A stretch of DNA of 62,817 nt, filler included, from Aduncisulcus paluster (lineage: Eukaryota), in NCBI GenBank assembly GCA_024181965.1. It is 7 parts of 7 records of this genome, joined end to end, with 100 filler letters (N's around TTAATTAATTAA, not from the genome) between each part and the next. Parts side by side here need not be neighbours in the genome. Positions count along the whole stretch, not along the records: positions 49,332 to 58,531 come from BQXS01011146.1; positions 58,632 to 62,817 come from BQXS01011148.1; 5 more parts are not named here. The stretch is one strand, 5' to 3'. Made by a program: the position numbers and the translations under genes. The notes below the pieces were generated by a model, which had not been told where the DNA came from, ran no database searches, and was given only the letters and a program-made list of their open reading frames with translations. Shown here piece after piece: positions 57,879 through 62,817 of the stretch (the stretch's first letter is position 1; each line of letters begins with the position of its first letter).

Positions 57879-58531
57879 CTAAATTACGATTTCAGGAGTT
57901 TCAAGATCCTTGTCATTTTCAAGGAGACCACCCTTTTCACCCGTTTTGGCAGCAATATCATTTTTGTGGCGGCATCGATACCAAATAATTAATCCGGCCG
58001 CAACAATAGCAAGACAAGCAACAATAATAAGGGTTATACTTAATCCAGAGAGATTGTCACACAATTGATACATATCCTGGAGGGCAAGTTTCGATGAACG
58101 ATACCATACATTGCAATCACAAGATATGGACTCTTGTTCCACTCCAAGAGTATCATAATAAACATTTAAGGTACATACACCGTGGTAGCATGATATATTA
58201 TCATTCAATCCACAGTTGAATTGGCAAGCAGAACCATAATACCCGAAGTATTCATCAGACTCAGGACATTCACATTCGTGGAAATCATTAAGACAAGTGT
58301 ATCCACTACAAACGACCCCTTTATCATCTACAGGGCATTTCTCGGCACAAGATGGACCAAACCAGTTCTGATCACACACACACTCACTGATTCCATGACT
58401 TGTGGCACATGAACCATGTCCACCACACACCAGACCATAGTATGGATCCAATGGACACACCTGACCACAATCCTGACCATACCAACCCTCATCACAGGAA
58501 CAATAAGAACTATCAGTTTCCCTTGTGTAAG
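57879..58531 (-). CDS. EGF-like repeat (tenascin-like) type I membrane protein, 5' truncated
   Basis: Repeats CGGHGSC..CVCDQNWFGPSC and CEC...YYGSAC, TM helix ITLIIVACLAIVAAGLIIWY, cytoplasmic EKGGLL. Confidence 0.85.
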
Positions 58532-58631
58532 NNNNNNNNNNNNNNNNNNNNNNNNNNNNNNNNNNNNNNNNNNNNTTAATTAATTAANNNNNNNNNNNNN
58601 NNNNNNNNNNNNNNNNNNNNNNNNNNNNNNN

Positions 58632-59550
58632 CACATCATCTTGTTCTGAAACATAATCAGAGAGTTCCTCTTCTTCTTCTCTTTCTTCTTCTCTTTCTTC
58701 TTCCACGCTACTTTCTTCAACGACACTGTCTTCCTTGGAGGAAATAATCTCCTCCTCATCATCTTCTTCTTTCTCATCATCTTCTTTCTTATCAGAGAGC
58801 TTATGACTATCTTCTTCACTTTCTTCCCCTTGTGAAGATTTCTCAGATTCTTCTTCTTTCTCTTCTTTCTTTTTCTCTTCTTTCTTTTCTTCAATGGAAT
58901 CTTCAGCCTTTGACACCTCTTCTGCTTCGCTGCCTCCTTCTGAGTCCTCTTCTTTCCTCTTTCTTTTTTCCTTCTCTTTCTTCTTTTGTTCCCTTTCTTT
59001 CCTCCTCTTTTCTCTTTCTTCTTTCTCCTTTTTCTTCCGCTCTTCTTCCTCTTTCTTTCGCTTTTTAAGTTCTTTTTCGAGAGCTTTTCTTTTCTTTTTC
59101 AATTCTTCTCGTAATTTTTTCCGTTCTTTTGCCTTTTCTTCCTCCTTTTCGATTGTTTTTATAATACTTATCAAATGTTTCTTTGTAGTGGTAATATTAT
59201 CCGTTAAATTTTTAATTTTCTTCTCCCCAGACGCTTCTAGAGATTTAGCATAGTCAAATAATCTTTCAATAACGGTTGAATAGCCTTCCTCAGCATTTGA
59301 GATTGCAACTTGAGCAAGAGAAGTATGTTCATGAATAAAACCAGTAGCCACTTTTCTAGATGAGATTAAAATAGATTTAGCCTCAGATTCTTCTATAAAC
59401 GGGTGATATTCAACATCAGGCGATACTTTTAGCAATGGTCCAGTAGAATCCGATCCCAGAACAGATTTGGAATCAGAACCTTCGATAAATGAATTATATT
59501 CAACATCGGATGGTCCTTGGAGCATGGGGACCTTTTGTAACAGAAGAAAA
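58632..59550 (-). CDS. Lys/Glu-rich coiled-coil region, 3' truncated; possibly exon 2 of the 59647-60579 gene
   Basis: Open frame with internal repeat (SDVEYNSFIEGSDSKS / PDVEYHPFIEESEAKS). Candidate intron 59650-59551 (GTAAAT..CTAG) would join it in frame. Confidence 0.55.
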
Positions 59551-59646
59551 CTAGATGTTTCGGTGTGTGAAGGGTAAAGCGCTTTTATAATCAATTGTAG
59601 AGGGGAAAACACACATATATTTGTATGAAAATTCAAAAAATAATAT

Positions 59647-60579
59647 TTACTTGACAAGAACGGAATCATATTTCTCTTTTTCGCTTTCACCTTCAAGACC
59701 GGTGATTCCATCAACAATCCATGGCATAATACCTAAAATAACTGATTTAATTCTAACATCGCATCTTGAAAAAATTAATTGAATTCGAGATTGAGGGATA
59801 TGACAACAAGAAGTGTCCATTGGCTCTTCAAATGATAAAACTCCAACAATGGCACCCATTGAACTAAAATACAATCTCCCACAATCCTTCATTAATGATA
59901 CAACGTCCGCAGAATGTCCCTTATCATCTTCTTCAGTTTGAACAGACAATATAGCAGGAGCACAACAACCTTCACGATCTCCTCCAGATTTGATGACATA
60001 CGACACATCTCCGCTTCCAGGAAGATGAATATCGAGACGAGAAGGCTTATTTCGACACCTTGTGCACGTTAATTCCGACGTAATAGAATGTCCTTGCACG
60101 GTATAAACTGCACGAACAGCACTACATTTATGTGAGAGAGCAACCTTTTGGGTCATTGCAGTGGCAGTAGCTTCAGGCGTATCAAATACAGAACACAAGT
60201 CGAATTCTTGTGTTGAGAGGCAGCAAAAAATGCAATCGTGTTTTCTACAACAACGAGCACATCTATGAAGCTCTTTTTTCCCAAGACAACATTTAGCCTT
60301 CTCATGGACATCTCGAGACCGATAGAAGATATTCAGTGATTTGCCATAATAAAATGATGATACTCTTTTCAAATACTCAGAACCAACAACTTTTCCAATT
60401 GGTGACCCAGCAACATGACGGGAAGATGTCATAATACTGGAAGAAGATGGCATTGGCCGAAGAGAATCACTAAATAATGGAGATTTTGCAGCAGACTGGG
60501 AACTGGATCTCAACGCCATTTCATGCAGTGATAAATCCTTTCTATATGCTTCTTCTTTCTTTTTCTTTCCCCAAGCCAT
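59647..60579 (-). CDS. Cys-rich protein, phospholipid scramblase/tubby-like fold suspected
   Basis: 310-aa ORF with Cys clusters (CARCCRKHDCIFCC, GCCAP). Terminal IQLIFSRCDVRIKSVILG resembles the scramblase F.I.FP.DLDV.MKA..IG helix. Confidence 0.5.
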   Translation of the reverse strand: MAWGKKKKEEAYRKDLSLHEMALRSSSQSAAKSPLFSDSLRPMPSSSSIMTSSRHVAGSPIGKVVGSEYLKRVSSFYYGKSLNIFYRSRDVHEKAKCCLGKKELHRCARCCRKHDCIFCCLSTQEFDLCSVFDTPEATATAMTQKVALSHKCSAVRAVYTVQGHSITSELTCTRCRNKPSRLDIHLPGSGDVSYVIKSGGDREGCCAPAILSVQTEEDDKGHSADVVSLMKDCGRLYFSSMGAIVGVLSFEEPMDTSCCHIPQSRIQLIFSRCDVRIKSVILGIMPWIVDGITGLEGESEKEKYDSVLVK

Positions 60580-60778
60580 GTAGATTTTTTGTTTGTATTG
60601 TTATGTAGCAAAATATGAGGTCGGTTTAAAAAGATATAAAATGCATTGATGATGAAAGTTAAATATATTTAAATAATTAATTATATCTTGTCTTATTTAT
60701 GTTTTCATGATAAAAAATAAAATCACCATATTATTCAAATCAGAAAAAAGAAACAAGGTTTTTCTTGCCTGTTGAGTC

Positions 60779-62682
60779 ATGAAACGCTCCTCAAAATCTG
60801 GATTACACTTCCGAGCATTAGAATATTATCGGAAGATAATGCAGGAGGTGATTGATAAATCAATGGATAGCTCCTTTGATGCATCAATGACTCACATGCG
60901 AAAGGAACAGGTAAAATTGACATTTGAAACCGTATGATCTTTATTTTTTTGTTTGCCTTTTTGGTTTTTATATTGTTATTTACATTATCAATTTATTTTT
61001 TGGGCAAATCAACTTTTTTGTTAATATGATCAATCAAAATGTATCTTCGATATCCTTAGATATGGAGAGAAAATTTAAAGGCCGAAGGGATCGACATTGA
61101 CGAAAAACAAGTCATTCAACGTAAATATAAAAATGTTTCGATCGGTGATCATTCTTTGAAATATTCCACAGCAGGTAGAGGAGTTGTATACTCGTCCACA
61201 CCATCTTCGCTCCAAATATCAAGTCATATTGCAAATTTGCGGCGTACTCTTGATACGTTGTATCTTCAAAGAAACCAAATGGAACAACAATTCACCCAAC
61301 AGATGGAAAAGTTGCAAGCACAGTATGCATATACCTACAAAGCCAGACCTGAGAAACGGGTCGTAGAGATTTTCTCAGAACGAGCTAAGCAACTCCAATT
61401 TGATCGGATTCGCTATATGGATAATAATACAAGGGAAATTCAGAAATATTCCCAAGAACTCGAACGATTATCACAACAACAGTCTCTTCAACAAAGCCGA
61501 ATGCCCCCTCCTGCTCAATCCACGCACCCTGCTGACGTTCATCAAGTGTCCACAGTGTCGTCATCACCTGCTGCTTCTTCAGTGATTAGTGATGGAAAGT
61601 CTGTATCCCCTGCATCAACAATGACCTCTTTGAGCTCGTCAACAACAAATTCAGTGACTCCTTCAACTCAGCATTCGTCTCCAGCCGGTTCCTCACCGGT
61701 CGACTCTATTCATGGAGGATCTTCTCATAAAAGACACTCCAGTGTGGCTGCAGGTGTGTCGTCTGCACCCAATTCTGTCCAACTTATTGATCACTCGTCT
61801 AGTCAGGCTGTTTCCCCTGCCACGAGCATGACTTCCCGAGTCAGCAGTGACGAAAGTGTTTCTGGCAAACGAAGGAGTGCTCCTCTCGACGAAGCTACTA
61901 AACCATCGGCGATTGCAGCTGATGCTTCGATGTGGGAATATGAGTATACATATGATTATGATGATCTTTCCGAGGATTCTGAAGCCTCTGAAAAGGAATA
62001 TCATCCGAAAGAAGAAAAAGTCAAAGAAGAACATCCATCTATTGCTATCTCTTCCACTTCATCTTCCACCGCCTCGTCTGTCTCGTCTATGACTTCTCTC
62101 TCTGTCCCTTCCTCTTGTTCCTCAGTGAACAAGGTGATGTTGGATGATTCTTTGTCCACCACGAGTGCTGTAGTCGATGGGATTGAGTCAGTTGGGGTTA
62201 AATCAGAATCTATGGCTTCACTTGGAGACGAGAGTACCCTTAAGCAGGGTGACAAGGCGACTGATGACGAAAAAGATCGCTTCCTTCCCGTTTGTAAGTT
62301 AACTCAGAAGGATTATGATGTAGTCAGGCTGTCTGTTAACGAGAGTGAAATATCAGAAGGGGAGTTCCAACGTCTTGCTTGTCCGTATTTGTCCAAGCAG
62401 GATGATGTTCTTCCACGTGCTGAGGAATGGGAGAGGAAAAGGAGGAAACAACGGAAAAGAACTGGAAGAAAAGTGAAAAAAACTGGTAAAAGTTCAACAA
62501 AAAAGAATTTAAAGGGAGTCATTCATGCTCTTGCAAGTGTTACAATAAGCAAAGATCATGTTTCTCTTCGGTCTGTTACTGCTAAATTGGGAGATCAACT
62601 CTTTTTATTTAAACGTGCTGATGTTCATTTTATAAGGGGATCTGGACCACCATGTGATAGTGAAGGCAAAACTTCAAAATAA
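60779..62682 (+). CDS. TOA1: Divergent transcription factor IIA large subunit (alpha/beta); exons 60779-60931 and 61060-62682
   Basis: Spliced N-terminus ALEYYRKIMQEVID...VKLTFETIWRENL resembles the TFIIA-alpha helices (LYRSVIEDVI...LKTLWENKL). Gln/Ser-rich and acidic linker. C-terminal VSLRSVTAKLGDQLFLFKRADVHF resembles the TFIIA-beta barrel. Confidence 0.65.
60932..61059 (+). other. Spliceosomal intron (128 nt) in putative TFIIA gene
   Basis: GTATGA donor, T-rich body, TTAG acceptor, phase 0. Joins two open frames. Confidence 0.75.
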
Positions 62683-62817
62683 TTCACGAATATCAATAAA
62701 TAGAACAGATTTTGTTTAAGAAAAACATTCTTATATTTTGTTGCAATATTTATATTTTCTAATCAAATTTAGATTGCTAAAATGAAGTATATGATAATAT
62801 AATTCGTTAATTGCATC

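Overview
This is eukaryotic nuclear DNA from a gene-dense, intron-poor flagellated protist using the standard code, with short GT..AG introns and poly-Ser/poly-Glu inserts. The style resembles Carpediemonas-like metamonads such as Aduncisulcus, but that is inference only. The window is not one contiguous locus. Six 100-nt N44-TTAATTAATTAA-N44 linkers join seven separate segments, and five 20-N gaps have duplicated flanks that split or duplicate genes. Genes recognised: DIS3/DIS3L-like exoribonuclease, TTBK/CK1 kinase, RRM protein, TMC-like channel, two Tctex dynein light chains, GNA1, TTC29, HMG-box protein, CLEC16A, gamma-COP, a probable SPAG17/PF6, a very large E(z)/EZH2-like SET protein, Ubc4-type E2, membrane-anchored peptidase T, TFIIIA-like zinc finger, phospholipase B-like protein, a stand-alone EXD2 HNH domain, an EGF surface protein and a divergent spliced TFIIA large subunit. 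One Tctex gene and the TFIIA N-terminus are missing from the ORF track because of introns. One 4.6-kb segment holds a hAT transposase remnant and two tail-to-tail chromodomain Ty3/gypsy elements. These meet at a palindrome-rich junction with matching ...ATACTACA ends and no visible LTR. All family calls come from motif recognition by eye; no database search was run.
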